Below are positions 11,406-23,114 of a stretch of DNA of 64,000 bases, piece by piece (the first letter of the stretch is position 1; every line of letters begins with the position of its first letter). Position numbers and translations under genes: made by a program. The DNA lies in assembly GCA_028023455.1 (NCBI GenBank), contig JAQFVV010000003.1, forward strand, positions 28,086,001 through 28,150,000, written 5' to 3'. The notes under the pieces are model-generated. The model saw only the letters and a list, made by a program, of their open reading frames with translations, was not told the origin of the DNA and did no database searches. Source of the DNA: Epiperipatus broadwayi (lineage: Eukaryota > Animalia > Onychophora).

Positions 11406-13471
11406 ATGAATAAACCAAAATACACATATGAAAAAAATAAAAACTTATCACTATCATAAAGAATTGGAAGATTATTTTTTTTATTATGATGAAAAACAAA
11501 TGTATATGTATTATTTGCAATGTGCATGTGATTTACCAAAGAAAACCAATGCTGAAAAACATTTTCGCACTGTTCATAAAAATTTATGAAGATGATTATC
11601 CACGAGGCACAGCATTGAGAAAAGCTAAAGCACAACATCTAAAGACACACTCACTCCATAACAAAAATTTTTTGACAATTACAATACAAGCTCAAAAACT
11701 GCTACAATTGCATCATTCAAAGTTGCTGAAACTTTAATTAAACACAATAAACCCTTTCAAGATGGACAAATATGGAAAGAAACCTTTATCAAAGCTAATG
11801 AAGTATTATTTGAAAATTTTAAGAATAAATCTGAAATAATGACTTCTATCAACAATATGGCATTATCACGAAACACAATCATGCATAGGACAGAAGAAAC
11901 TAATCGAAATCTTGGAAGAGATTTTGCATAAAAGCATTAACAGTTGTAACTTTTTATCACTACAATTTGATCTATTGATTGTACAGGTACTGCACAATTA
12001 TGTATTTTTATTTGCACGATTTTTGATATGTCAGCCACAGAAGAATTATTAACAATTATTTCAATTCAAAGAGGGACAGCAGGTCAAGATATCTATGATT
12101 TATTCAAGAATTATATCGTACAAACAAATTTTCCAAACTAATCGAAATCTTGGAAGAGATTTTACATAAAAGCATTAACAGTTGTAACTTTTTATCACTA
12201 CAATTTGATCTATTGATTGTACAGGTACTGCACAATTATGTATTTTTATTTGCACGATTTTTGATATGTCAGCCACAGAAGAATTATTAACAATTATTTC
12301 AATTCAAAGAGGGACAGCAGGTCAAGATATCTATGATTTATTCAAGAATTATATCGTACAAACAAATTTTCCAATTTATAAATTAGTATCAATAACTACC
12401 GAAGGAACTCCTGCAATGATTGGCAGTAAAATTGATTTTGTTACTCTGTAAAAATGATATTCATATACCTAGTTTTATGGACTATCATTGTATTATACAT
12501 CAGCATGCTTTGTGTTCAAAAGTACTGAAATTTAATCATGTTATGAATGTTGCTTTTCAAAATTGTTAATAAAATAAGATCAAAAAGTTTGTTACATCAT
12601 CAATTCTGGGATTTGCTAAAGGAATGCGAGAGTGAACTTAGTGAATCATTACATACTGACATAAGAACTGTGTCGAGAAAATTTTTTAATCAGATTCAGA
12701 AAACTTCTACCACAAATAAAATCATTTTTGGAAACTAAAGGTGATTCATATCCACAACTGAATGACAAAGAATGGCTTCTTGACCTTGCTTTTTTCTGTA
12801 ATATTACAGAAAAATTAAATGTCTTAAATGTAGAACTACAAGGAAAAGATAAAAACAATAACAGTTATGATAAGCATTTTGAAGTCATTCAAGGAAAAAT
12901 TAAGTATGCGTATAATACAACTGAAGTATCGTGAATTAAAACATTTAAAAAATATAGTTGATAAATTTAAAGATAGAAAGAATCTAATCTATAACAAATA
13001 TATTGAAAATATAATATTCCTCAGAAAGGAATTTTGAAGGGAAGATTCGTGGAATTTAACAAACTTGAAGATATCACTAGTTTTTTGTCTTATTCATTTA
13101 ATGTTAATATCAATATTGAAGATATTGCTATGAAATTAAATGAATTTGTATGTACAAATTCAACTGGCCTTGAAGAAGAAGTAGTAAATATGAAATGTGA
13201 TATACATTTAAAATCAATGGCTTCAAATGGGAGTTTCTGGACATTAATAAGCAGGAATAAATATCCAAATATTTGGAGAATTGCTGCATATTTCAATGCA
13301 TTTTTTGGTTCAACATATTTGTGTGAATCAGCATTTTCATGCATAAATGCGATAAAAACTAAACATAGATTACAATTATTGGACCTACATTTGGAATCAT
13401 GTTTAAGAATTAACAAGACAAATTTTGACAAACTTGCTGAAACTCTGCAATGCCAAGTGTCATCAAAATAA
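11406..13471 (+). pseudogene. hAT transposase (GTF2IRD2-like), disrupted
   Basis: Segments MKNKCICIIC, ISIQRGTAGQDIY, LVSITTEGTPAMIG, WLLDLAFF, and the hAT dimerisation region FGSTYLCESAFSCINAIKTKHR...HLESCLRI. Frameshifts plus a 238-bp internal duplication. Confidence 0.9.
11897..12374 (+). repeat. 238-bp tandem duplication within the hAT transposase
   Basis: aaactaatcgaaatcttgg starts at 11897 and 12135; the copies are near identical. Confidence 0.95.
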
Positions 13472-14118
13472 AAAATTAGTATTTTTTTACTTTGTAAATT
13501 TTTTTTTTTTTTGTAAAATTTATATTTAATTTACTTTAATACAATTGTAATGGTCCGTATTCCCTTAAGGGACTGAGGATGAATGCATCTAACTGTAGTC
13601 TGACCTAGGGTTTTCATGTAAAATGCCATGAATGATGTGATAAAAATCTAATCCATGATTGCATCTATTTCAAATATGATAATTTAATATTTAAACATTC
13701 AATACAGATACAACTTAGACCAGTTCATCCAATCTTCACCTCTCTTTACTATTCCATTATGCTCAGTATTCGAACTCTGGGTTAATTTTACACTTAACTT
13801 TCTTCAGGGGTCAATTGATATCCTGTAGCAATAATAATACTTTTATATAAGTTTGATAGATTCTCAAAATTCCTTCTAACCAAGTATCATGATGTTAAGT
13901 CAGGATGGTATGTATATGTGGGTATATGTATTCAATTTTATTTTATTTGAAAATAAAATAAATAATTTAAATAAATCAGAGACCTTAAATTTAAAATAAA
14001 TTTAACAATATTTACTGATTGAAAACAATTTAAATTTATCTTTATATAACACAATTTTTAATTGCAAGTGTTTAAATACATTTCTGCTATATTAGTATAT
14101 AAATTTTAAAATTATATC

Positions 14119-14204
14119 TTCCCATATCTGATAATAGATATGTATCATAGCACAAACAATATTCCCATATCTGATAGTAGATATGTATCATAGCACAAAC
14201 AATA
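14119..14204 (+). repeat. 43-bp tandem duplication
   Basis: ttcccatatctgata.tagatatgtatcatagcacaaacaata at 14119 and 14162. Confidence 0.9.
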
Positions 14205-15902
14205 TTTAATTGATTGCAAAAAAATAAATAATATTTTATAATTCCAAAGATTAGGATAATACTAGCTAACTAAATTTAAATTAAACAATATAAATGGAAA
14301 TCTTTGTAATATCCAATCCTTTTGAAAAAATTCCATTTTCTATAAGACCTCCCATCTATGTATGGTCCATATCGTTGAAAGAAAAGACCTTTCATCCAAA
14401 GATATTAGTCATTTATACCGAATAATAAGCAAACAAATATTACTAAATTAATTAAATTAATAGTAAACAAAAATTCTGTCTTGTCATAAGTGAATGAATT
14501 TAATATGAAGTACAATAAAATCTTACCTTCATATTAAGTTTACTTATTAACCTTAACAAGTTGCTCTATAAGGAAGATCTAAATTTTATTAACTAAAAAA
14601 AAAAAATTAAACCAATGATGTTTCCACTTTTTTCATCTAATGATTTTCCAAAATGGATTTCCCAAAGTAAGTAGGTTTTAGAGACAAAGGAAATAATATT
14701 AAATATTTATGGATGTTGATACGCAAAGATGATATGATGTGTTTAAAGTTTATGATATGATGTGTTTAAAGTTTATGATATTATCCTATTTATTTTCCAT
14801 AATTTGAGTAATAATGTTCATTAAGAATAAAGTTCTTTTATTTCTGGTCACCAATCATCGGTGAGGCAATCAGTATACTCCATTGTTTCATAAATATTCC
14901 TCTCGCATGACGTTGACATCCGTTTTCTTAAATTATCTCGCTATAAACCGAAGTTGAATATTGAATTATGTAGCTGATATATATATTTTAGGCATTTCAG
15001 TAGGAATGAATAATTACACTGCTTTAGGTTAGAACAATAGCATTTGATCCTATGGCAAAATGTGTTTACTCATGATGCATTTTCTATAACTTAAAATATT
15101 CTTAAAATAAATTTATTTAAATATATAAATATGTTTGATGATATTTGTCTTCCTTGGAATTCAAATTTAGAATGATATCGTTAAGAATTTTTCTAATTAT
15201 TATATTAAAGATAATTTCGCTTTTGAAATTATTATTGATGATACTAAAGAGTAATTTATTTACTCTTTACTTAAGTGATATTAGAGTTCTCTGTGTTTGA
15301 TATTCGAGCACAGCAAAATAAATATGTGTAGTGACTGGTTCATTTATAAAAGATGAAACTGATTTGGAAATTAGTTGGTTTAACTTTTATAGTGGAATCG
15401 ACTTTCGGTAATTAGCATGTGTTAAATTACTATTTCATTTCACGATTTTGTATTCGATTATTGTTGAATGCATCATAATTAATAATTAGCTAATTGAGTT
15501 CTAATTTTATTTCATTTGCATTTAGTTGTTAAGATACGCTTGACCTTAGGTTATCTCTACATTTTGAGTTTCGGTTAGTGATATTAGTTAAAATAAATAA
15601 TTATTTTATACATGCATGTGAATGATTGAAATCTAATTATTTTAATATTTGATTTCATTAAAATAACTGTTTATTTGACTTGACTTTTGTTAATAAAATT
15701 TTATAATCTAATGTTTAAGTTATATATGTGTGCAAATCTTGAGAAGACAAATAGTTATATAATGTAAGATGTGATATGTTGGACTATTTCCATCACTTAT
15801 GAGTGAATGTTAAATGTATAGAAAATTTTAAACTTTATTTAAACTTTCCAAATACAAACAACTTGTTAGTAAAACACACAAATAGACCATACAGGTTAGT
15901 AA

Positions 15903-15953
15903 TTACAAAATGTTTCAAGTAATATTATTCTCCACTCTTCTTCAGATTTTGCT
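15903..15953 (-). ncRNA. pLTR hammerhead ribozyme (left arm, decayed)
   Basis: Minus strand: CTGAAGA-a-gagtgg-agaataata-ttactt-GAAACATT. Confidence 0.65.
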
Positions 15954-15987
15954 GACCTATATGCACAGTGACAATATTCACTTAAAT

Positions 15988-16052
15988 GTTGAACTCGCAC
16001 CTTCAAATTCTTGAATATTGAATTTGCGGCAAATGCTCTACCAACTGAGCTA
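15988..16052 (-). promoter_or_regulatory. tRNA-like Pol III A box/B box in pLTR (left arm)
   Basis: Minus strand TAGCTCAGTTGGTAGAGC (16035-16052) followed by GCGAGTTCAAC (15988-15998). Confidence 0.6.
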
Positions 16053-16159
16053 TTCTGTCAAAGGCAACATATAGTAGAAATTTGATATATTTATATATGA
16101 GGGTTGGTTTAAATCCTCCTGAGTCCTTCAAAATTTTTTTTAACAAGGCTAATATTTTT

Positions 16160-17911
16160 TTAATTTTATTTTTTCCTAAGAGCAAGATTAATTAGAGACT
16201 TCCATACATTGTGTATTGCCACACTGGGTTGACATATAGGATTATTTACCATTGTCATATGAGCAGCTTCCTTGAATGTTCTTCTATGCATTTTTTCCTA
16301 TTTATTCAATATCTTTGTATTTTCCCACTTAAGCATGTGGTCATTAGTACATACATCATCTGTTTTTTCTCTTTTAACCATTACTTTGTGTTCTTTCAAT
16401 CACTGTTCAACAGGGCGACAGGTCTCACCAATGTATTTTCTTTCACATTCACCCAGTATTTCATAGATGCAGTTTATGTTCTTCAGCATTTCCAGTTTAG
16501 GCTTAGTAGAAGTAAGCATTACTCAAAGTGTGGTATGGCTTTGGAAAGCAGTTCTAATGTTATATTGACTGCAGATTTTCTTTAATTTGTTCGCCATTCC
16601 TGGTATTTATGGATACACTACCGTACCAATAATTGTTTTCTCTTTTGGTGTCTCTTTTTGTTGTCTATTGAAGGTTTCCTGATGACTGCTGATGGATAAC
16701 CATTCTTCATAAACATTTGTTCTATGTGATCTTTTCTTTTTCCAAATCACTGGTTTCTGAACAAACCTCCTTTGCTCTGTTTCATAGTGATGGTACAATT
16801 CTTTGTTTAGTGCTTCTTGTATGATTGGATGTATATGCCAAGTATTTGCCAGTGTGTGTTGGTTTACTATACACTGTTGTTTTTACTTTGCCCTGAGGAA
16901 GTCTTGTCGCAAGAGCATCCAAGAATGCCAATTTTTGTTCTTGTTCTGACTCCATTGTGAATTTAATTGTAGGAGATATGTTGTTAATGTGCCTCCAGAA
17001 TGACTGTAATTCTACCTCACCATGTGGCCATACCATAAATGTATCATCAACATAGTATTTATGGCTGTGGTTTCAAGTTCTTCTATGTAAATGTTGCTGA
17101 GTAAGGGTGACAGTAATGATGCTGTGACCGTCCCTTGATTTTGTTGGAAGAATTCTGAGTTGTTTTGAAAGTATGTTGTTGTTACACAGAATGTTAATAA
17201 TTCCATTTTACTATCAATAGATAGATGTGTTCTAGTTTGTAGACTATTATCGTCATATAACCTTTTCCTTACAATAGACAATGCCTCATCACATGGTACA
17301 CTTGTAAACAGACTCTTCTCATCAAAGCTTACCAATATGTCTGTTCTTTTCATTTTCATGTTCCTGACTGATTCTACAAAGTGCTTAGAATCCCTGATGA
17401 AAGACTGTCTTGTACGGCAATGGACTAAGAACTTCAAGAAGAAATATTGACAAATTTTGACATGGTGAATTTCTAGAACTAACAGTAGGTCTTAATGGAA
17501 TGTTGTCTTTATGGATTTTAGGCAGTCCATACAGGTGAGGAATCTTGCTGAAATACGAAGTTAATTTTTTTTTTTCTGAATCACTGAAATATCTGTGATG
17601 CTTCCGGAGTAATGGTTGTAGTTTTACCTCTGTATTTGGAATTTGATTTTTTGCTAACTTTTTTGTATTGGCCTGCTGTGAGAAGGCCCTTGTATTTTGC
17701 TATCATAATCAGTTTTATCCATTACAACTGTAGTATTACCTTTGTCAGCAGGAAGAATGATTATAGATGTATCCTGTTTGAGAGATTTAATAGCTTTCCT
17801 CTCATCACTTGAAATGTTTGGCTTCTGCTTGTGCACTTGATGTCTTTCAAGTGTCCTTTTTGTTCTGCAGCATAACTCTGCCATATCTTCTAGAGTCAAG
17901 TTTTGGGTCAC
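16160..17911 (-). pseudogene. PLE RT + GIY-YIG ORF, left arm
   Basis: IIILPADKGNTTVVMD, ILVSFDEKSLF, SLLSPLLSNIYIEEL, GKYLAYTSNH. A ~33-nt deletion near 17050 removes the WLRYV part of the catalytic motif. Confidence 0.92.
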
Positions 17912-18230
17912 AATCTACTGTCCCACTATTGGATATAATGGCAGCCACTGATGAGGTGATCCAAAACTTGTCTCTATTAGATGCGGCAGAGTTTCGCTGG
18001 AGAATTAAATAGGACACTTGAAAGACATCAAGTGCACAAGCAGAAGTCAAACATTTCAAGTGAGAGAGGAAAGCTATTAAATCTCTCAAACAGGATACAT
18101 TTATAATTATTCTTCCTGTAAACAAAGGCAAAACTCTCCATACAGTAGTGCCAACCTGTGCCAAACAGAGTAATCAATGGATGCCAGAAGGCTTGTGCAT
18201 AAAATCCCTATCTAGTGGTTACTCATACAA

Positions 18231-18277
18231 TATCCCCAGACTAGTTTCTGGCTTTTGGCCATCATCAATGAGGAGCC
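18231..18277 (-). ncRNA. Minimal type I hammerhead ribozyme (C3U variant)
   Basis: Minus strand: gctcctca-TTGATGA-tggc-caaaa-gcca-GAAACTAGTC-tggggata. Confidence 0.8.
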
Positions 18278-18678
18278 TTGGATCTGAGAGCACTGCACCT
18301 AGATCATAGGATCTAATGCAACCTTCCAGCAGCCACCTTTTAACTCTACTTTACTACAAAACTATGAGAATGAAATTGAAAACACAATAATATTTTCAAT
18401 CTAAGCTCAATAGCTTATATAGCCATATGGGTCTGAACTCAATTCAGCACCCTTACATTTTGGTGTTTTTGGCTCTTAAACAACCATAGTCACCACTATC
18501 CTATTAGGCAGGATTGGTGTTAAACCACTAAACATCACATGATCACCATCTCTATACTAGCACAAATGTTGTAAACAAAGGCAAAACCCTCCATACAGTA
18601 GTGCCACCCTGTGCCAAACAGAGTAATCAATGGATGCCAGAAGGCTTGTGAATAAAATCCCTGTCTAGTGCCTACTCA

Positions 18679-18735
18679 TCCAATATCCCCAGACTAGTTT
18701 CTGGCTTTTGGCCATCATCAGTGAGGAGCCTTGGA
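18679..18735 (-). ncRNA. Minimal type I hammerhead ribozyme, intact
   Basis: Minus strand: tccaaggctcctca-CTGATGA-TGGC-caaaa-GCCA-GAAACTAGTC-tggggatattgga. Helix I tcctca/tgggga extended by tccaa/ttgga. Confidence 0.9.
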
Positions 18736-18776
18736 TCTGAGAGCACTGCACCTAGATCTTGGCATCAAATGCAACC

Positions 18777-18826
18777 CTCCTTACTGATGATGGCCAAATG
18801 CCAGAAACTAGTCTGGGGATATTGGA
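18777..18826 (+). ncRNA. Minimal type I hammerhead ribozyme, intact core
   Basis: ctcctta-CTGATGA(18784-18790)-TGGC-caaat-GCCA-GAAACTAGTC-tgggga. Confidence 0.88.
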
Positions 18827-20719
18827 TGAGTAGGCACTAGATAGGGATTTTATGCACAAGCCTTCTGGCATCCATTAATTACTCTGTTTGGCACAGTGTG
18901 GCACTACTGTATGGAGAGTTTTGTCTTTGTTTACAACTATTATGTGCTAGTGTAGAGATGGTGATCATGTGATGTTTGTGGATCATTCTTCCTGCTGACA
19001 AAGGTAACACTACAGTTGTAATGGATAATAAAACTGATTATGATAGCAAAATACAAAGCCTTCTCACAGCAGGCCAATACAAAAAACTTAGCAAAAAATC
19101 CAATTCCAAATACAGAGGTAAAACTACAAGCATTACTCCGGAAGCATCACAGATATTGCAGTGATTCAGAAAAAAGAAAATTAACTTCATATTTCAGCAA
19201 GATTCCTCACCTGTATGGACTGCCTAAAATCCATAAAGACAACATTCCATTAAGACCTATTGTTAGTTTTAGAAATTCACTATGTCAAAATTTGTCAAGA
19301 TTTCTTTAAGTTCATAGTCCATTGGTGTACAGGACACAGCCTTTAGTAAGGAACATGAAAATGGAAAGAACTGACATATTGGTAAGTTTTGATGTGGAAA
19401 GTCTGTTTTGAAATGTACCATGAGATGAGGCATTGTCTATTGTAAGGAAAAGGTTATATGATGAGAATAGTTTAGAAACTAGAACACATCTACCTATTGA
19501 TAGTATAATGGAATTATTAACATTCTGAGTAGCAACAACATACTTTCAATATAACTCAGAATTCTTCCAACAAAATCAAGGGATGGCCATGGGATCATCA
19601 CTGTCACCCTTGCTCAGCAACATTTACATGGAAGAACTTGCAGCCACAGCCATAAATACTACTCCATGTCCGCCTAAAGTGTGGCTTCGATATGTTGATG
19701 ATACATTTGTGGTATGGCCACATGGTGAGGTAGAATTACAGTCATTCTGGGTGCACATTAGTAACATATCTCCTACAATTAAATTCACAATGGAATCGGA
19801 ACAAGAACAAAAATTGGCATTCTTGGATGCTCTTGTGACAAGACTCCCTCGGGGCAAAGTAAAAACAACAGTGTATAGTAAACCAACTCACACTGGCAAA
19901 TACTTGGCATATACATCCAATCGTACAAGAAGCACTAAACAAGGAAATTGTACTATCACTATGGAACAGAGTAAAGGTTTGTTCAGAAACCAGTGGTTTT
20001 AGAAAAAGAAAAGATTCACATAGAACAAATGCTTATGAAGAATGGTTATCCATCAGCGGTCATCAGGAAAACCTTCAATAGACAACACAAAGAGACACCA
20101 AAAGAGAAAACAATTATTGGTACAGGAGTGTATCCATACATACCAGAAATGGTGGACAAATTAAAGAAAATCTGCAGTCAATATAACATTAGAACTCCTT
20201 TCCAAAGCCATACCACACTTTGAGGAATGCTTACTTCTACTAAGCCTAAACTGGAAATGCTGAAGAACATAAACTGCATCTATGAAATACCATGTGAATG
20301 TGGAAGGAAATACATTGATGAGACCTGTTGCCCTGTTGAACAGCGATTGAAAGAGCACAAATTAATGGTTAAAGGAGAAAAAACAGATGTGTCTACCATA
20401 GCAGATCATGTATGTACTAATGACCACATGCTTAAGTGGGAAAATATAAAGATATTGGATAAAGAGAAAAAAATGCATAGAAGAAATTTCAAGGAAGCTG
20501 TTCATATGACAATGGTAAATAATCCTATAAGTCAACCCAGTGTGGCAATACACAATGTATGGAAGCCTCTAATTAATTTTGCTCTTAGGAAAAAATAAAA
20601 TAAATTTAAAAAAACTAATTAGCCTCGTTAAAAAAAAAAAATTGAAGGACTCAGGAGGATTTGAACCACCCTCATATATAAATATATCAAATTTCTACTA
20701 TATGTTGCCTTTGACAGAA

Positions 20720-20784
20720 TAGCTCAGATGGTAGAGGGTTTGCCTTAAATTCAATATTCAAGAATCTAAAGGTGCGAGTTCAAC
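20720..20784 (+). promoter_or_regulatory. tRNA-like Pol III A box/B box in pLTR (right arm)
   Basis: TAGCTCAGATGGTAGAGG (20720-20737) and GCGAGTTCAAC (20774-20784), about 40 nt upstream of the HHR core. Confidence 0.55.
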
Positions 20785-20818
20785 TTCTAAGCGAATATTG
20801 TCACTGTGCATGTAGGCC

Positions 20819-20870
20819 AGCAACACCTGAAGAAGAATGGAGAATAATACTACTCGAAACGTTGTTTTAT
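20819..20870 (+). ncRNA. pLTR minimal type I hammerhead ribozyme (right arm)
   Basis: caacac-CTGAAGA(20827-20833)-a-gaatgg-agaataata-ctactc-GAAAC-GTT-gttt. Palindromic AACGTT helix III. Consensus helix II with the left arm is GAGTGG/CTACTC. Confidence 0.8.
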
Positions 20871-22520
20871 TACTAACAAGTTGTTTGTATTTAGAAAGTT
20901 TAAATAAAGTTTAAAATTTTCTATACATTCAACATTCACTCATAAATGATGGAAATAGTCCAACATATCACATCTAATAATATACCATCATTACAAACCT
21001 TCAGATAAATAGTTATATAATGTATTTTGGACCAATTATAATAGGAGGTGCGATATACTTAATAACATAGAACTTAGATTCATCTTTATAGGTAAGCTAA
21101 AAAAAATTTTTTTGTATATCATAGATATATATCTGTAAATAAAATAAAATATTTAAAATTTTAAAATACATGGAATATTAGGATAATGAAATTATACTTT
21201 AAATGCAGTATGCACAAATATATATTGTAACACTGCTTTTTACATTATTTCCTGTACATACTATTATAAAGTAGTCTGCTATGTTTGTTAATATTTTTTA
21301 AAAAAGAAAAAGAAAATAGTAACCAATAAATAATTTAAAGTTATAAACCAGAGTGTCATTATATACAGGTTATTTTGTCAGCTGGATTTTTAAAATATAT
21401 GCCAATATTGTATTTCTTATCTATATAGTCAGTTAATAATTTTAGTTGTTTAAAATATTATATTAAAATAGCCTTTATTATAATAAGACATAATACTTGT
21501 ATAAAGTTAAAAGATAGCTAAATTGTTCCAGAAGTTGTAGGAGTAAATAATATTGAATTATTTAATACTTTAAACTAAGTCTCTGTTTAATAAAGTTATT
21601 TGCTAAATTAAATATTTTTAATTTAAAAATGAAGCTTGTTAAACTAGATGTAAATAATAAAAGGTTGCTTTGAAAAAATTAGTTAATGTTTTAATTTTAA
21701 TTAGCTATTAAAGATAAGTATGTTTAATTAGTAAATTTATTAAGACAATTAAATTTTGGATAAATTAGTTTTTGTAGCTAAATAATAAATTTAGTTATTT
21801 AAATCAGCTTCATTTAGTTAATAAAGCATCTCTAAATTAAAGAAATAGTTAACTTTCTATCTGTGTGTGTGTAAATGTTTGTGCTTGCATATATTTAATA
21901 ATTACTTTGTTCTAATTACCAAGTTATTTAATTTTAAAAGTTAAAATTTTAATATTAAAATATTTTATTAAACCTACAAAATAAAAGGTTAATTTTAAAT
22001 GTTAACAGGTTTTAAATAAGAGAATGGAAGAAGAAGATTATTTTTATTTAAAAATGTAATAATTATTTAAATTATCTTATTTATTGTTTAAGTTTGTTAA
22101 TTAATAAGTTATAAATAACCTCTTTTTCAACTCAAGACCATTAAAAAACATGTTATTTTAAAATAATCTAGGTGAAAATGACTTTATGATTCTTAGTAAT
22201 TACTGAAATTAATTAACCTTTTAACCACAGATGTCTCTTTTCATAGGCAGTGGCTAAGTTTTGATTGATTGGGAAAACCCCGATATAAAACATCAGATCA
22301 TCATCATTCAAGAGGGACTATGACTGCAACTGCTGCTTATTTTTGTACTCATCTTCATGCTTGCTCTGGTGTGTTCAGTTTACCATCCACCTTATTGCTG
22401 CTCTGAAAACATTGTGTCACACCAAAATATTTTTTTTTATAATTATTTTTATTTCTAATCAAAGTATAAAGTAGAAATTTTATTTGAATTTGGAACCTAC
22501 AATGCATTACTAACTACCCA

Positions 22521-23114
22521 AAGGTGATTCTGTTATTCTGTACTTTCTTCAATACTTGAATTTACTCTTATACTACTAACTCAAATGCCACGAAAAATTA
22601 ATTTAGTTGTTAAAAGTAAATTTCTTAGTTTTTGTTTAATCATAAGTTCTAAAACAAACCAGGTGATATGTTTCAAAATGTTCATCCATAAACTAATGTT
22701 GGATATTATACTAGTTCACGTTTATTTGTCATTATTTTAAAGGAAGGAAATTTAAATTTAAAGAAGAGAGCTAAAATACGTAACTTTTAAGAAAATTTTA
22801 AATAAACTATTATGCTAAGGTGATTCTGTTATTCTGTATTTTCTTCAATACTTGAATTTACTCTTATACTACTAACTCAAATGCCACGAAAAATTAATTT
22901 AGTTGTTAAAAGTAAATTTCTTCGTTTTTGTTTAATCATAAGTTCTAAAACAAACCAGGTAATATGTTTCAAAATGTTCATCCATAAACTAATGTTGGAT
23001 ATTATACTAGTTCACATGTTTATTTGTCATTATTTTAAAGGAAGGAAATTTAAATTTAAAGAAGAGAGCTAAAATACCTAACTTTTAAGAAAATTTTAAG
23101 TAAACTATTATGCT
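22521..23114 (+). repeat. 296-bp tandem duplication
   Basis: aaggtgattctgttattctg at 22521 and 22817; few substitutions and one 2-nt indel. Confidence 0.95.

Larger units (their letters stand above)
9766..13471 (+). mobile_element. hAT (Buster/Charlie/SPIN-like) DNA transposon, right end not found
   Basis: Left TIR-like CAGGGGTGGCCAAGATGTC at 9766, with transposase remnants downstream. No TTGGCCACCCCTG seen after the ORF. Linkage of this TIR to this ORF is inferred. Confidence 0.6.
18119..18981. mobile_element. Retrozyme-like fold-back cassette 2, inserted in the PLE ORF
   Basis: Monomer period 453 bp (gtaaacaaaggc at 18118 and 18571); inversion at ~18777. Flanked by 13-bp at(t/c)attcttcctg at 18106-18118 and 18982-18994; the uninterrupted site is seen in the left PLE arm near 17750. 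Confidence 0.92.
17915..20598 (+). pseudogene. PLE RT + GIY-YIG ORF, right arm (interrupted by retrozyme cassette)
   Basis: PLLDIMAATDEVIQ, ILPADKGN, HLYGLPKIHKDNIPLRPIVS, AMGSSLSPLLSNIYMEEL, WLRYVDDTF, CIYEIPCECGRKYIDET (GIY-YIG). Stops and frameshifts present. Confidence 0.95.
15767..21006. mobile_element. Penelope-like element, 5.2-kb fold-back (two 5'-truncated copies head-to-head, pLTRs outermost)
   Basis: 15767-17905 is the reverse complement of 17915-20975 once the 18119-18981 insert is removed. 18-bp direct repeat aaatagttatataatgta at 15749-15766 and 21007-21024. 31-nt tail 20976-21006 on the right arm only. Confidence 0.92.

Noticed and set aside
13546-13829. Solo LTR (TGTAATGG...GTAGCA)
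   Set aside because: Flanks acaat/ataat mismatch, terminal inverted repeats are weak, and there is no second copy in the window.
15988-16052. Functional tRNA gene
   Set aside because: A and B boxes are present but no acceptor stem or cloverleaf could be folded; it is part of the pLTR.
17944-17975. CTGATGAG-gtgatcc-AAAACTTGTC resembling a hammerhead
   Set aside because: Lies in PLE coding sequence (ATDEVIQNL); lacks GAAA and helix I does not pair.
21450-22200. AT-rich stretch as NUMT or coding remnant
   Set aside because: No sustained frame or motif recognised.
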